A stretch of 62,193 nucleotides of DNA, counting the filler, from Chiloscyllium plagiosum (taxonomy: Eukaryota): the NCBI RefSeq assembly GCF_004010195.1. It is 7 parts of one record of this genome, joined end to end, with 100 filler letters (N's around TTAATTAATTAA, not from the genome) between each part and the next. Parts side by side here need not be neighbours in the genome. Positions count along the whole stretch, not along the records: positions 1 to 20,606 come from NC_057710.1; positions 20,707 to 27,807 come from NC_057710.1; 5 more parts are not named here. One strand, 5' to 3'. The notes under the pieces were generated by a model. It searched no databases and was not told where the DNA came from. It saw nothing but the letters and a program-made list of their open reading frames with translations. The translations under genes were made by a program, and so were the position numbers. Shown here one piece after another: positions 12,195 through 24,183 of the stretch. The stretch's first letter is position 1; every line of letters starts with the position of its first letter.

Positions 12195-12507
12195 TTTAAA
12201 AAAATTATTTGTTCATAGGATGTGGGTCACTGGCTAGGCCAGCATTTCTTGCTCATCTCTATTTCTGGACAGAGCAGTTAAGAGTCAACCACAATGCTGC
12301 AGGTCTCAAGTCAAATATAGGCCAAACCAGCCAAAAACTCCATATTTTCTTCCCTAAAGTGCATTAGTGAACCACACTTTTTTTTACAATTGACAGTGGT
12401 TACATAGTCACTATTGGACCAGCTATTTTTTTTTATTGAATTCAAATTTCACTATCTGCCATGATGGGATTCAAACCTCTGGATTACTGGTATTCCACTG
12501 CCTATGC
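12195..12507 (-). mobile_element. tRNA-derived SINE whose tail resembles the family B LINE 3' end
   Basis: B-box-like GGTTTGAATCCC (12466-12477, minus strand); tail similar to 18195-18243; related head fragment at ~54695-54815. Confidence 0.55.
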
Positions 12508-13904
12508 TGTACTAGAAGTGCTACTATTCCATGAGTACTGTTCCTGTACCTTCTGGTCTTATTCTGCAATGTACAATATTGAAAGGCTAACCATTCTGAA
12601 ATGCAGAGCTGAGTGTGTGAATTGTCTTCATTGCTTTCATTTATTTACTGAAATCCAGCTCAGTCGTCCTTTGGCCATTTCAAAACTTTGACAGATGTCT
12701 ACATTTTCAGTAAAACTTTAAAATTCAACTGCCAATTATTTGGCTGTTTCAAAGCATTGACCGATGTCTAAACTTCCTGCTGTCTTCAAAAACACGAATC
12801 GATTTTTTCGGCATACTTTGTTTGCACAGTTAGGGGAAGTGAGCTGCCTACTGAACCACTCAGGGATTTTGCTCAGTAGAGTTTGTTTATAAAGCTGTCC
12901 AGGGAATTGAACGGAAGTTTTATTAGCTTCTGTGTGGTGATGACACATGTGGAGTCAGAAGCTGGACTGGTCTGCCTGCGGGGTTATGGCTGTCAGGTCT
13001 GGGGCAAGGCCTGGTTGTGTTGGGGTAAACCAGGAATGGCTAGGGGGAGACTGCATCTGGTGGTGGGGGTTTGGGGTGACTGTCTGTGGGGGAGATGAAA
13101 GTAGGGGTTCAGTGTTGAGTTGGCGTGGTTGAGTTGGTTCAACAGTTCCTAGCTGTTGAGTCTAACAGTTGCCCAGTTGTTAAACTTTTAATTCTTCTAG
13201 CTTATCCTGGGTAATGTTTAAGATAAGTTGCTCAAAACCTTCAAAAAAATCTGTGACTCTAACTCCAAGTTGGGGACTCCTTCAGAGGGTATCGCATGCT
13301 GCATGACTGCGTATTGGAAGTTTCAATTCCTGTCTCTGCTTCTACAGTGACTATCTTCCCTTGAAAAATCTGGGCCATTTTATTAATCACTAAAATATAC
13401 CTTACAACAAATGTATTGGACACCTCATCATCTTCCATATCTGTAGAAGTGGCTGCAAGTACATTGTTAAGTGGGCATGCCCTGGAAGTCCCGACTCTGG
13501 GATCCATTAAGTTTCATGGTATTAAGTCAAATATCAGCATGGAGAACTGTGCTGAACAACCTAGGTTGATGAACCACTACTTTTCAGTTTCCCTCTATAT
13601 TGAAAAACACTCAGAAGAGGCACTGAAGGCAGCAAAGGCACAGAACTCAGTCTAGGTGGGAGCTTCAGTCTCCATTTGCAATGGCACATCATGTTTTAGT
13701 ACCTGAACTAAAGTCCCCAAAAATTCTTCTGTTCCAGAAAAAAAAGCACCAGCCTATCCAATCCTTCTCATAGTTAAAATTCTCCATTCTGGAACATCTT
13801 TGTTGATCTCCTCTTACGAGCTCTGATCGGATTACATCCTTCTTGCAATGCAGTGACCATAACTGGACGCAGTGCTCTAGCCATTGTCAACTATTGTTTT
13901 ATAC

Positions 13905-14036
13905 AAAAAAAAACAAAGAACTGCATGTGCTGGAAATCAGAAACGAAATCATAAATTGCTGGAAAAACTCCAGGTCTGGCAGCATCTGTGGAGAGAAAGC
14001 AGACTTAACGTTTCAGGTCCAGTAACCCTTCTTCTG
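13905..14036 (-). mobile_element. Old PLE pseudo-LTR (third family)
   Basis: gctggaaaaactccaggtctggcagcatctgtggagagaaagc..ttaacgtttcaggtccagtaacccttctt; similar to 36685-36785, 26461-26714 and 54114-54205. Confidence 0.7.
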
Positions 14037-14189
14037 TCTCAACCTGCAGGGATACGGTATTCTGTCCTGGAAATAAATTTGGCTTTGACTAGATTCATAC
14101 GTCATTTTTCTGATTTGTAAACACACATTAATGCCCAATGCACTGTAAACACAGAAACACTTTGGTTTTCCATTGAAATCATCATGTCT

Positions 14190-14975
14190 TTGAATTATAT
14201 TTGAATAGCTGCCTGCACTTTGACAGAGTGGGTCCCACCATCTTCTTCCAGTGGGTCTTCAGTGAGATCCAGTCGATGGAACTGCTCTCACCTGATTTCA
14301 TTCTTAGCTAATTGTAGTCAAAGGCTCACTTCCAGTGGCATCTCTTCGTTCTCCAGCACTATTACTGCTAGTGTTAGCCAAGGATCTGTTCTTGGCTCCT
14401 CCTGTTTCTGAGCTTCATGTGCTCCTGAAAGTACAGTGTTAATTTTCACATGGACAACAATGATGTCCAGCTCTACTTACCCAACAAGCCCCTATGCCAC
14501 AACACCCTCCCACTCTCTTGAGAATTACATTTTTTCTAAGTTATCAGACTGGTTGTTTTGACATCCAGAACTGGATCAGAAAATCCTCCAGTTCATTACA
14601 GTGAAGGCTGAAGCTGTTGTTTTTAGAGCCTATTACCAGTCTATTCACAACCTCAGTATTACTTTTGATCATGAGGTGAGCTTCCAACCTCATTCCCATT
14701 TATACCATCTCTAAAACTGCATATTTCTATCTATGTAACATCACCCAACCTCACTCTTGTCTCAGCTCATCTGCTGCTGAAACTGTCACTCATGTCTTTG
14801 TTACCTCTGAACTCAACTCTCCTAATGCACTCCTAACTTGTCTCCCACATTCTATTCTCCATAATCTTCAGGTTATTCAAAACACTACTTCCCATATCTT
14901 AATTCTCACTAAGTCCTGTTCCCCTGTCTCACTCCTGTTCTCATTGATCCACATTGGTTTCCAGTCAAGCAGTGT
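14190..14975 (+). mobile_element. L2 LINE RT fragment, 5' part (continues at 19205)
   Basis: QGSVLG, DDVQLY-like, AETxxHxFVTSxL and HWFPV motifs typical of L2 RT. Confidence 0.75.
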
Positions 14976-15531
14976 CATAGAGATGTACAATGCAGAAACA
15001 CACCCTTCGGTCCAACTCATCCATGCTGACCAGATATCCTAACCCAATCTAGTCCCATTTGCCAGCACTTGGCCCATAACTCTCCAAACCTTTCCTATTC
15101 ATATACCCATCCAAATGCCTTTTAAATGCTGTAGTTGTACCAGTCTCCACCACTTCCTCTGGCAGCTCATTTCATACACGTACCACCCTCTGCATGAAAA
15201 TGTTGCCGTTAGGTCTCTCTTAAATTTTTCCCCTCTCACCCTTAACCTATGCCCTCTAGTTCTGGACTCCCCCATCCCAGGGAAAAGACTTTGCCTATTT
15301 ATCCTATCCATGCCTCTCATGATTTTATAAACCTTTTTAAGGTCACCCCTCAGCCTCTGACACTACACGAAAAACAGACCTAACCTATTCAACCTCTCCC
15401 TACAGCTCAAATCCTCTAACCCTAGGAACATCCTTTTAAATCTTTTCTCAATCCTTTCAAGTTTCACAACATCCTTCCGGTAGGAAGGAGACCAGAATTG
15501 CATGCAGTGTTCCAAAAGTAGCCTCACCAAT
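14976..15531 (-). mobile_element. CR1 3' segment (non-inverted part of a twin-primed insertion)
   Basis: LVRLLLEHCMQFWSPSYRKD through the 3' UTR and ctatgac tail on the minus strand. Confidence 0.9.
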
Positions 15532-15556
15532 GGATAAATTCCCAGGACTTGATCAG

Positions 15557-18246
15557 ACCTTACAGATAACACCCCAGACACCACCATTACCATTCCTGGA
15601 TATGCCCTGTCTCACTGGCAGCCAAACCCAACAGAGATGGCAGCACAGTGGAATACAGGCAGGAGGGAGTTGCTCTGGGAGTCCTTGACATTGACTCTGG
15701 ATCTCAAAAAGTCTCATGGCTTCAAGGTTAAGGACAAGGAAACCTTTTGCTGGTTACCACGTGCTGTCCTCCTTCGGCTGATGAATCAGTACTCCTCCAT
15801 GTTGAACAACACTTCGAGGAAGCACTGAGAGTGGCAAGGGCACAAAAATGTACTTTGCGTGGAGGATTTCAATGTCCACAACCCAGAGTGGCTCGGCAGC
15901 AGCATTACTGATTGAGCTGGTCGGGTCGTAAAGGATATAACTGCTAGACTGGGTCTGCGGCAGGTGGTGAAGGAGCCAACAAGAGGAAAATACATACTTC
16001 ACCTCATTCTTACTAATCTGCTGGCTGCAGAAGCATCTGTCCATGCCAGTACAGGTGAAAGTGACCACTGCACTGTCCTTGTGGAGATGAATTTCCACCT
16101 TCACATTGAGAATACCCTCCATTGTGTTGTGTGGCACTAAATGGGAGAGACTTCAAACTGATCTGGCAGCTGAAGCTGGGCATCCATGAGGTACTGTTGG
16201 CCATCAACAGCAGCAGAACTGTACTCCAGCACAATCTGTAACCTCATGGCCCGGCATATCCCCCACTCAACCATTACCTTCAAGCCAGGAAATCAACCCT
16301 TGTTCAATGGAGATGCAGGAGGGCATGCCAGGAGCAGCATCAAGCATACCTGAAAATGAGGTGTCAACCTGGTGAAGCTACCAAAGGACTACTTACGTGC
16401 CAAACGCCATAAACAACAAGTGATAGTCAGACCTAAGCAATCCCACTACTAATGGATCAGATCTAAGCTCTGCAGTCCTTCCACATCCAGTTGTGAATGG
16501 TGGTGGACAGTCAAAAAAATTTGTGGAGGCAGAGGTTCCACAAAAATCCCCATCCTGAATGATGGAGGAGCCCAGCACATCAGTGCAAAAGACAAGGCTG
16601 ATGCATTCACAACAATCTTCAGTCAGAAATTCCAGTGAGAAGATTCATCTTGGGCTCCTCCAGTGTCCCCAGCATCACAGATACCAGTCTCCAGCCAATT
16701 CTATTCACTCCATTTGATATCAAGAAACGGCTGGAAGCACTGGAAAGGCAATGGGCCCTGATAACATTTTGGCAATAGTACTGAGGATGTGTGCTCCCCG
16801 AGCCAAGCTCTTCCAGTAGTTACAACACTGGCATCTACCCAACAATGTCGAAAAATGCCCAGGTATGTCCTGTACACAAAAAGCAGGACAAATTCAACCT
16901 GGCCAATTACCGTCCAATCAGTCTACTCTCCATCATCAGTAAAGAGATGGAAGGGGTCATCAACAAGAAGCACCTGCTCAGCAGCAACCTGCTCAGTGAC
17001 GCCCAGTTTGGGTTTCGCCAGGGTCACTCAGTTCCTGACCTCATTATAGCCTTGGTTCAAACATGGACAAAAGAGCTGAATTCCAGGGCTGGGGTGAGAG
17101 TGACAGCCCTTGACATCAAGGCCACATTTGACCGAGTATAGCGTCAAGGAGCTCTGGCTAAACTGGAATCAATGGGTATCAGGGGCAAACACTTTGCTGG
17201 TTAGATTCATACCTGGCACAAAGGAACATGGTTGTGGTTGTGGACGGTCAGTATCTCACCTCCAGGACATCTCTGCAGGAGTCCCTCAGGGTAGTCTCCT
17301 AGGCTTAACAATCTTCAGCTGCTTCATCAATGACCTTCCCTCTGTCATAAGGTAAGAAGTGGGTATGTTCATGGATGATTGCAGAGTGTTCAGCACCATC
17401 TGTAACTCCTCAGATACTGAAGCAGTCCATTCTCAAATGCAACAAGATCTGGATAGTATCCAGGCTTGGGCTGACAAGTAACATTCGTACCACCCAAATG
17501 CCAGGCAATGCCCATCACCAATAAGAGACACTCTAACCATCATTTCTTGATATTCAATGGTATTACCATCACTGAATCCCCCACTATCAACATCCTTGGG
17601 GTTACTATTGACCAGAAACTCAACTGGACTCACCACATAAACACAGTGGCTACAAGAGCAGGTCAGAGACTAGGGATACCGTGGTGAGTAATTCACCTTC
17701 TGACCCCCCAATGACTATCCACCATCTACAAGGCACAAGTCAGGAGTGTGATGGAATACTCCCCACTTGCCTGGATGGGCACAGCTGCAGTAACACTCAA
17801 GAAGCTTGATATCATCCAGGACAAAGCAACTGGCTTGACTGGCACCATATCTACAAACATTCAATCCCTCCGTCATCAGCACTCAGTAGCAGCAGTGTGT
17901 ATTATCTACAATATACACTGCAGAAATTCACCAAAGATCCTTAGACAGGACCTTCCAAACCCACGACCACTTCCATCTAGAAGATCAAGGGCAACAGGTA
18001 CTTGGGAAATGCACCACCCGCAAGTTCCCCTCCAAGCCACTCACCACCTTTACTTGGAAATATACTGCCGTTCCTTCACAGTTGTTGGGAAAATATCCTT
18101 GAATTTCTTCCCTATCGGCATTGTGGGTCAACCCATAGCAAGTGAACTGCAGCGATTCAAGAAGGCAGCTCACCATCACCTTCTCAAGGGCAAATAGGCA
18201 TGGGCCAGGCTGCGATGCCAAAGTCCCACAAATGAATTTAAAAAGA
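15557..18246 (+). mobile_element. Family B CR1-group LINE, near-complete ORF2 (APE + RT) with 3' tail, frameshifted
   Basis: APE motifs (TIPGY, EDFNVHNPEWL, DHC); RT motifs ANYRPISLLS, QFGFRQG, LDIKATFDRV, GVPQGS, FMDD, YKAQVRSVMEYSPLAW; tail aatgaatttaaaaa. Confidence 0.85.
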
Positions 18247-19204
18247 GGTGTATCCTAGAACTCTGTGGGAAGCTAGGAAAGTGATTGCTTGGCCTCTTGC
18301 TGAGATATTTGTATCATCAATAGTCACAGGTGAGGTGCCGGAAAACTGGAGATGGCTAATGTGCCACTATTAAAGAAAAATGATAAGGAAAAGCCGGGGA
18401 ATTATAGACTAGTGAGCCTGACATCGGTGGTGGGCAAGTTGTTGGAGGGGATCCTGAGGAATGGGATTTACATGTATTTGGAAAGGCAAGGGCTGATTAG
18501 GGATAGTCAACATGGCTTAGTGCGTGGGAAATCATGTCTCATGAACTTGATTGAGTTTTTTGAAAAGTAACAAAGAGGATTGATGAGGGCAGAGTGGTGG
18601 ATGTGATCTATATGGACTTCAGTAAGGCGTTCGTCAAGGTTCCCCATGGGAGACTGGTTAGCAAGGTTAGATCTCATGGAATAAAGGGAGAACTCGCCAT
18701 TTTGATACAGAACTGGCTCAAAGGTAGAAGACAGAGGGTGTTGGTGGAGGGTTACTTTTCAGATTGGAGGCTGTGACCAGCTGTGTGCCACAAGGATCGG
18801 TGCTGGGTCCACTGCTTTTTGTCATTTGTATAAATGATTTGGATGTGAACATAGGAGATATAGTTAGTAAGTTTGCAGATGATATCAAAATTGGAGGAGT
18901 AGTGGACAGCGAAGAAGGGTTACAATGGGATCTTTATCAGATGGGCCAATGGGTTGTGGAGTGGCAAATGGAGTTTAATTTAGATAAATGTGAGGTGCTG
19001 CATTTTGGAAAAGCAATCAGAGCAGGACTTATATATTTAATGGTAAGGGTCTATGAGTGTTGCTGAACAAAGAGACCTTGGAGTGCAGGTTCATATTTCC
19101 TTGAAGGTAAAGTCACAGGTAGATGGGATAGGGAAGAAGGCATTTGGTATGCTTTCCTTTAATGGTCAGTGCATTGAGTATAGGAGTTGGGATGCTATGT
19201 TGCA
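18247..19204 (+). mobile_element. CR1 RT (inverted 5' part of twin-primed insertion; first 25 bp lie at 15532-15556)
   Basis: [39 protein letters not shown] motifs. Confidence 0.9.
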
Positions 19205-19421
19205 TGTCCTGATTGAAAAACACCCATTCTTGTTTTCAAATCTCTTCATGGCCTCACCGCTACCTATCTTTGTAATCTTCTCCAGCTCACAGCCCTTCAA
19301 GATACCTGCTCTGCTCTACTCCTGGCCATCGTGCATCCCAAATTTCAATTGTTACAGACTGGCAGCTCTGCCTTTAGCTGCTGGAATACCCTCCAGACAT
19401 ATTTCTCCCTCAGTGCCCCAC
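19205..19421 (+). mobile_element. L2 LINE 3' continuation
   Basis: ILVFKSLHGLTATYLCNLL-like sequence resumes the L2 broken at 14975. Confidence 0.7.
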
Positions 19422-19652
19422 TAATGTATTGACGGTGTGAGCTTCCCTGTGTGAGACTGTGCCGCAATGGTCAGACTGATTCTAATCTAAAAAATGGATT
19501 TACATGGATTTATGCAGTTTTTGAGAAAAGTAAATTCAATACCTTCAATACATTATCTGGGCCAACATGACATCAATTGTTAAAGTTCACTTGAGAATGT
19601 AAATTTTGAAAAAGTTTTGCGATTTACATATGAAAGAACTGAAACCAATATG
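19422..19652. mobile_element. Second-family PLE 3' UTR fragment with internal inversion
   Basis: 19422-19534 is a reverse-complement match and 19540-19652 a forward match to consecutive parts of 36030-36275. Confidence 0.6.
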
Positions 19653-20445
19653 GAGGAACTGTTGGGCGAAGTTCACAGCACAGAATCAGATAAGTTAATT
19701 GTTGTTTTAAGTCTGCCCAAGAGAAAGGCTGCAGTAGTGGATACAGTGGATTCTTTCTTGATTATATGTTTTGGAGATAAGTCTTTTGATTAAACTTAAA
19801 ATATAAGCCATAGTTATTAATTTAACCTGGGGCAGTGTTTGTAGAGGAATAAGACGGTGTTATTTTCTGGGTCTGTAGGTTGTGAAGGAGCAAAAATGGC
19901 CTTTGCAGTGATATGTATTTCTTGTCAGCTGTTGGAGTTTAAAGAGAGTTTAAGGGTTACTGCGGATTATATCTGCCATTAATGCTGTTGGATGCAAATC
20001 TTATCAGATCGAGTGGATCGGTTGGAGAGACAAATAGAAGCGATGAGGAAATGGCAACAGCTACAGTATGTGATGGATGGCAGTTATAGAAAGGGGGGAA
20101 AGTCTCAGATACAGTCACATAGATGGGTTAACTCCAGGAAGGGTAAGAGAGTTGGGAACTAGAGCAGGAGTCTTTTGTGGATATACCCATTTCAAACAGG
20201 TATGCTGTTTTGGAAAATGTAGGGGGTGATGGATTCTCAGGGGAATGTAGCACAAACAGCCAAGATTCTGTTATTGAGACTGGCTCTAATGCAACGAGGG
20301 GTACGTCGGCTTCCAAGAGATCAATTGTGTTAGGGGATTCTGTAGTCCGAGGTACAGACAGATGTTTCTGTGGCCAGCAGAGAAAAAGCAGAATGGTGTG
20401 TTGTTTCCCTGGTGCCAGGATCCAGGGTGTCTCAGAGAGGGTGCA
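19653..20445 (+). mobile_element. CR1 5' UTR and ORF1 fragment (zinc finger, coiled coil, SGNH esterase)
   Basis: ATG 19896 MAFAVICISCQ..DYICH*CCW..DRLERQIEAMR; SIVLGDSVVRGTD..CCFPGARI. Highly similar to the copies at 33049 and 46548. Confidence 0.9.
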
Positions 20446-20606
20446 GACCAGAGTTGAAAAATGTGGTGCTGGAAAAACACAGCAGGCCAGGCAGCATCCG
20501 AGGAGCAGGAGAATCGACGTTCCTGAAGAAGGCTCATGCCCGAAACGTCGATTCTCCTGCTCCTTGGATGCTGCCTGGCCTGCTGTGTTTTTCTAGCACC
20601 ACATTT
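20446..20606. mobile_element. Fold-back PLE pLTR pair with hammerhead core (runs into gap)
   Basis: Inverted arms 20459-20521 / 20544-20606; CTGAAGA-aggctcatgccc-GAAA-cgtc at 20523-20549. Confidence 0.8.
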
Positions 20607-20706
20607 NNNNNNNNNNNNNNNNNNNNNNNNNNNNNNNNNNNNNNNNNNNNTTAATTAATTAANNNNNNNNNNNNNNNNNNNNNNNNNNNNNNNNNNNNNN
20701 NNNNNN
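20607..20706. other. Assembly gap with artificial linker (also linkers at 27852, 35871, 43352, 48610, 57548)
   Basis: 44 N + TTAATTAATTAA + 44 N, the same linker at six places. Confidence 0.95.
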
Positions 20707-22127
20707 CCTGCAATCTTCTTCCTGACCTCTCTGCCCCCAACCCCTCTCCAGCCTATCACCCTCACCTTAACCTCCTTCCACCTATCGCATTCCCAACGCC
20801 GCTCCCCCAAGTTCCTCCTCCCTACCTTTTATCTTAGCCGGCTTGGCACGCCCTCCTCATTCCTGAAGAAGGACTTATGCCCAAAACGTGATTTTCCTGC
20901 TCCCCCAAGTTCCTCCTCCCTACCTTTTATCTTAGCCGGCTTGGCACGCCCTCCTCATTCCTGAAGAAGGACTTATGCCCAAAACGTTGATTTTCCTGCT
21001 CCTTTGATGCTCTCCATCTCTATGTCCAGTGACCGACTCAACCTGAACTTCTACTTCAAGCCCACCAACTCCCACAGTTACCTGGACTACACCTCTCTGA
21101 ACCACCCACCCCAGGTAAAAACACAACCTTTTCCTCCGCCTCCTCTGTAACTGATCGCACGAGGAGCAATTCCATTCCAGGACATCCCAGATGGCCTTCT
21201 ATTTCAAAGGCCGCAATTTCCCCTCCCACATGGTTAACAATGCCCTGCAGTGCATCTCCTCCACTTCCCAAACCTCTGTCCTGAAACCACCCTCCAACCA
21301 CAACAAGTAGAGAACCCTCTGATCCTCACCTTCCACCCCACGAATCTCTGGATACAGTGCATTATCCTCTGCCATTTCCACCACCTTCAGACAGACCCCA
21401 CCACCAAAAATATATTTCCCTCCCCACCTCTATTTGCGTTCCACAGAGACCATTCCCTCCACGGCTCCTTCGTTAGCTCCACGCCCCGCACCAACCCACC
21501 CTTTACACCTGGTACTTTTCCTTGCCGCCGCAAGAGGTTAAAACATGCGCCCACACCTCCCTCCTCACCTCTGACCAAGACCCTAAAGGATCATTTCAAA
21601 TCCAGCAGAGATTTTCCTGCACATCCTCCCTCCTCATCTACTGCATCTGTTGCTCTCGATGTGGTCTCCTCCACATCAGGGAGACAGGATGCCAACTCGC
21701 AGAGCGTTTCAGGGAACATCTCTGGGACTCACGTACCAAACAACTCCACCTCCCTGTGGCCAACCACTTGAACTCCCCCTCCCACTTCCCCAAGGTCATG
21801 CTAATCCTGGCCGTCCTCCACTGCCAAATCAAAGCCACCCACCAACTGGAAGAAGAACACCTTGGGACCCTACAACCACACGGCATTAACATTGACTTCA
21901 CCAGTTTCCAAATCTCCCCTCCCACCACCTCATCCCAGATCCAACCGTCCAACNNNNNNNNNNNNNNNNNNNNNNNNNNNNNNNNNNNNNNNNNNNNNNN
22001 GATGAAGGGCTTATGCCCAAAACATCGACTCTCCTGCTCCAATGCTGCCTGACCTGCTGCGCTTCTCCAGCACCACACATTTTGACTCTGACTCTCCAGA
22101 ATCTGCAATCATCACTTTCTCCTAACA
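20707..22127 (+). mobile_element. Penelope-like element: upstream pLTR(s), RT C-terminus, GIY-YIG endonuclease, downstream pLTR
   Basis: YFKPTNSHSYLDY, PLILTFHPTNL, CTSSLLIYCICCSRCGLLHIRETGCQLAERFREH, LGTLQPHGINIDF; frameshifted. Confidence 0.9.
20801..21002 (+). repeat. Tandem duplication (~98 bp x2) of the hammerhead-bearing pLTR segment
   Basis: gctcccccaagttcctcc... starts at 20801 and 20899; copies nearly identical. Confidence 0.9.
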
Positions 22128-22164
22128 CCTCGAATAGACAGGTGTTTTGAAGGAAGGTCGGGTA

Positions 22165-22560
22165 GGTGACTTGTATACATTGGACTTTAGAAGATTATAA
22201 CAAGATTAGACAGGGTAGATGCAAGGAGGATGTTCCCAATTGTGGGTGTGCCCAGAACCAGGGGTCATAATCTGAGGATTTGGGGTAGACCATTTACAAC
22301 AGACATGAGGAGATATTTCTTCAGCCAAAGTGTGGTTATCCTGTAGAATTCAGTACCACAGGAAATAGTTGATACCAAAACATTAAATTTATTCAAGAGA
22401 TGGCTAGATATAGCATTTGGGATGTATGGGGTCAAAAGTCATGGAGAGAAAGCCGGATTAGACTATTGAGTTGGACAATCGACCATGATCGTGATGAATG
22501 GCCGAGCAGGCTCGAAGGACCAAATGTCCTCATCCTGCTCCTATCTTCTATGTTTCTTTA
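22165..22560 (+). mobile_element. CR1 3' end
   Basis: TRGHNL-like motif and 3' UTR ending ctcctatcttctatgtttc. Confidence 0.75.
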
Positions 22561-22641
22561 TTTCTAACTTAATTGATCCATATATGATTCTGAGAGGTCT
22601 TGACAGGGTAGATGTAGAGAGGATACATCCTTTTTTTGGAA

Positions 22642-24183
22642 AATTGGTGTGCCACAAGGATCAATGCTGGGTCTACTACTTTTCGTCATTTATATAAATG
22701 ATTTGGATGTGAACACAGGAGGTATAGTTAGTAAGTTTGCAGATGACACCAAAATTGGAGGTGTAGTGGACAGCAAAGAAGGTTACCTCAGAGAACAATA
22801 GGATCTTGATCAGATGGGCCAATGGGCTGAGAAGTGGCAGATAGAGTTAAATTTAGATAAATGCGAGTTGCTGCATTTTGGAAAAGTAAATCAGAGCAGG
22901 ACTTATACAATTAATAAAGAACAAAGAACAAAGAAAATTTACAGCCCAGGTACAGGCCCTTCAGCCCTCCAAGCCTGAGCCAATCCAAATGTATTGTCTA
23001 AAATGTCGGTCAATTCCTAAGCATCTATATCCCTCTGCTCCCCACCTACTCATGCATCTGTCCAGATGCATCTTAAATGAATCTACCATGCCTGCCTCTA
23101 CCACCTCTGCTGGCAACACATTCCAAACGCCCACCAACCTCTGTGTGAAGTACTTACCGCATGTATCCCCCTTAAACTTTCCACCTCTCACTTTGAAAGC
23201 ATGACCTCTTGTTATTGAATCCATCACCCTGGGAAAAAGCTTGTCTCTATCCACCCTGTCTATACTCTTCATGATTTTGTAAATCTCAATCAGGTCCCCC
23301 CTCAATCTCCTTTTTTCTAATGAAAACAAACCTAACCTACTCAACCTCACTTTATCGCTAGCACCTTCCATACCAGGCAACATCCTCGTAAACCTTCTCT
23401 GCACCCTCTCCAAAGCGTCCACATCCTTTTGGTAATGTGGCCACCAGAATTGTACACAGTATTCTAAATGTGGTCGAACCAATGTCTTGCACAATTTTAA
23501 CATGTCCTGGGGTCCTGGGGATTGTTGCTGAACAAAGAGACCTTGGAGTGCAAGTTTGTTGGAAGTAGAGTCGCAGGTAGATATGATAATGAAGAAAGCA
23601 TTTGGTATGCTTGCTTTTATTGGTCAGAGCTGGGAGGTCATGTTGTAGCTGTACTGGACATTGGTTAGGCCATTTTTGGAATACTGCATGCAATTCTGGT
23701 CTCCTTTCTATCAGAAGGATGTTGTGAAACTTAAAAGGGTTCAGAAAAGATTTACAAGGATGTTGCCAGGGTTGGATGATTTGAGCTACAGAGAGGGGCT
23801 GATTGGGTTGGGGCATCGGACACTGAGGGTGACCTTATAGAGGTTTATAAAATCATGGATAGGATAAATAGACAAGATCTTTTCCCTAGGTTGGGGGGAG
23901 TCCAAAACTAGAGGGCATAGGTTTAGGGTGAGAAGGCAAAGATTTAAAAGAGACCTAAGGGGCAACCTTTTCATGCAGAGGTTGGTGCATGTATGGAATG
24001 AGCTGCCAGAGGAAGTGGTGGAGGCTGGTATAATTACATTTAAAAGTACACGAATAGAAAGTGTGTAAAGGGATATGGACCAAGTGCTGGCAAATGGGAC
24101 TAGATTAGGTTAGACTATCTATTCGGCATGGACGAGTTGGACCGAAGGGTCTGTTTCTGTGCTGTACAGCTCTATGACTCTAT
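22642..24183 (+). mobile_element. 5'-truncated CR1, (CTATGACT)n tail, interrupted by 22916-23503
   Basis: GVPQGS and [11 protein letters not shown] through the 3' UTR; itself inserted in an older CR1 fragment (22560-22641 / 24184-24370). Confidence 0.9.
22916..23503 (-). mobile_element. Young 5'-truncated CR1, (TTTGTTC)n tail
   Basis: Open 180-aa frame LVRPHLEYCVQFW..TRGHAFK; tail reads aaagaacaaagaacaaagaa on the plus strand. Confidence 0.9.

Noticed and set aside
20177..20445. Host GDSL/SGNH lipase gene
   Set aside because: It is the CR1 ORF1 esterase, present in several copies directly upstream of APE-RT.
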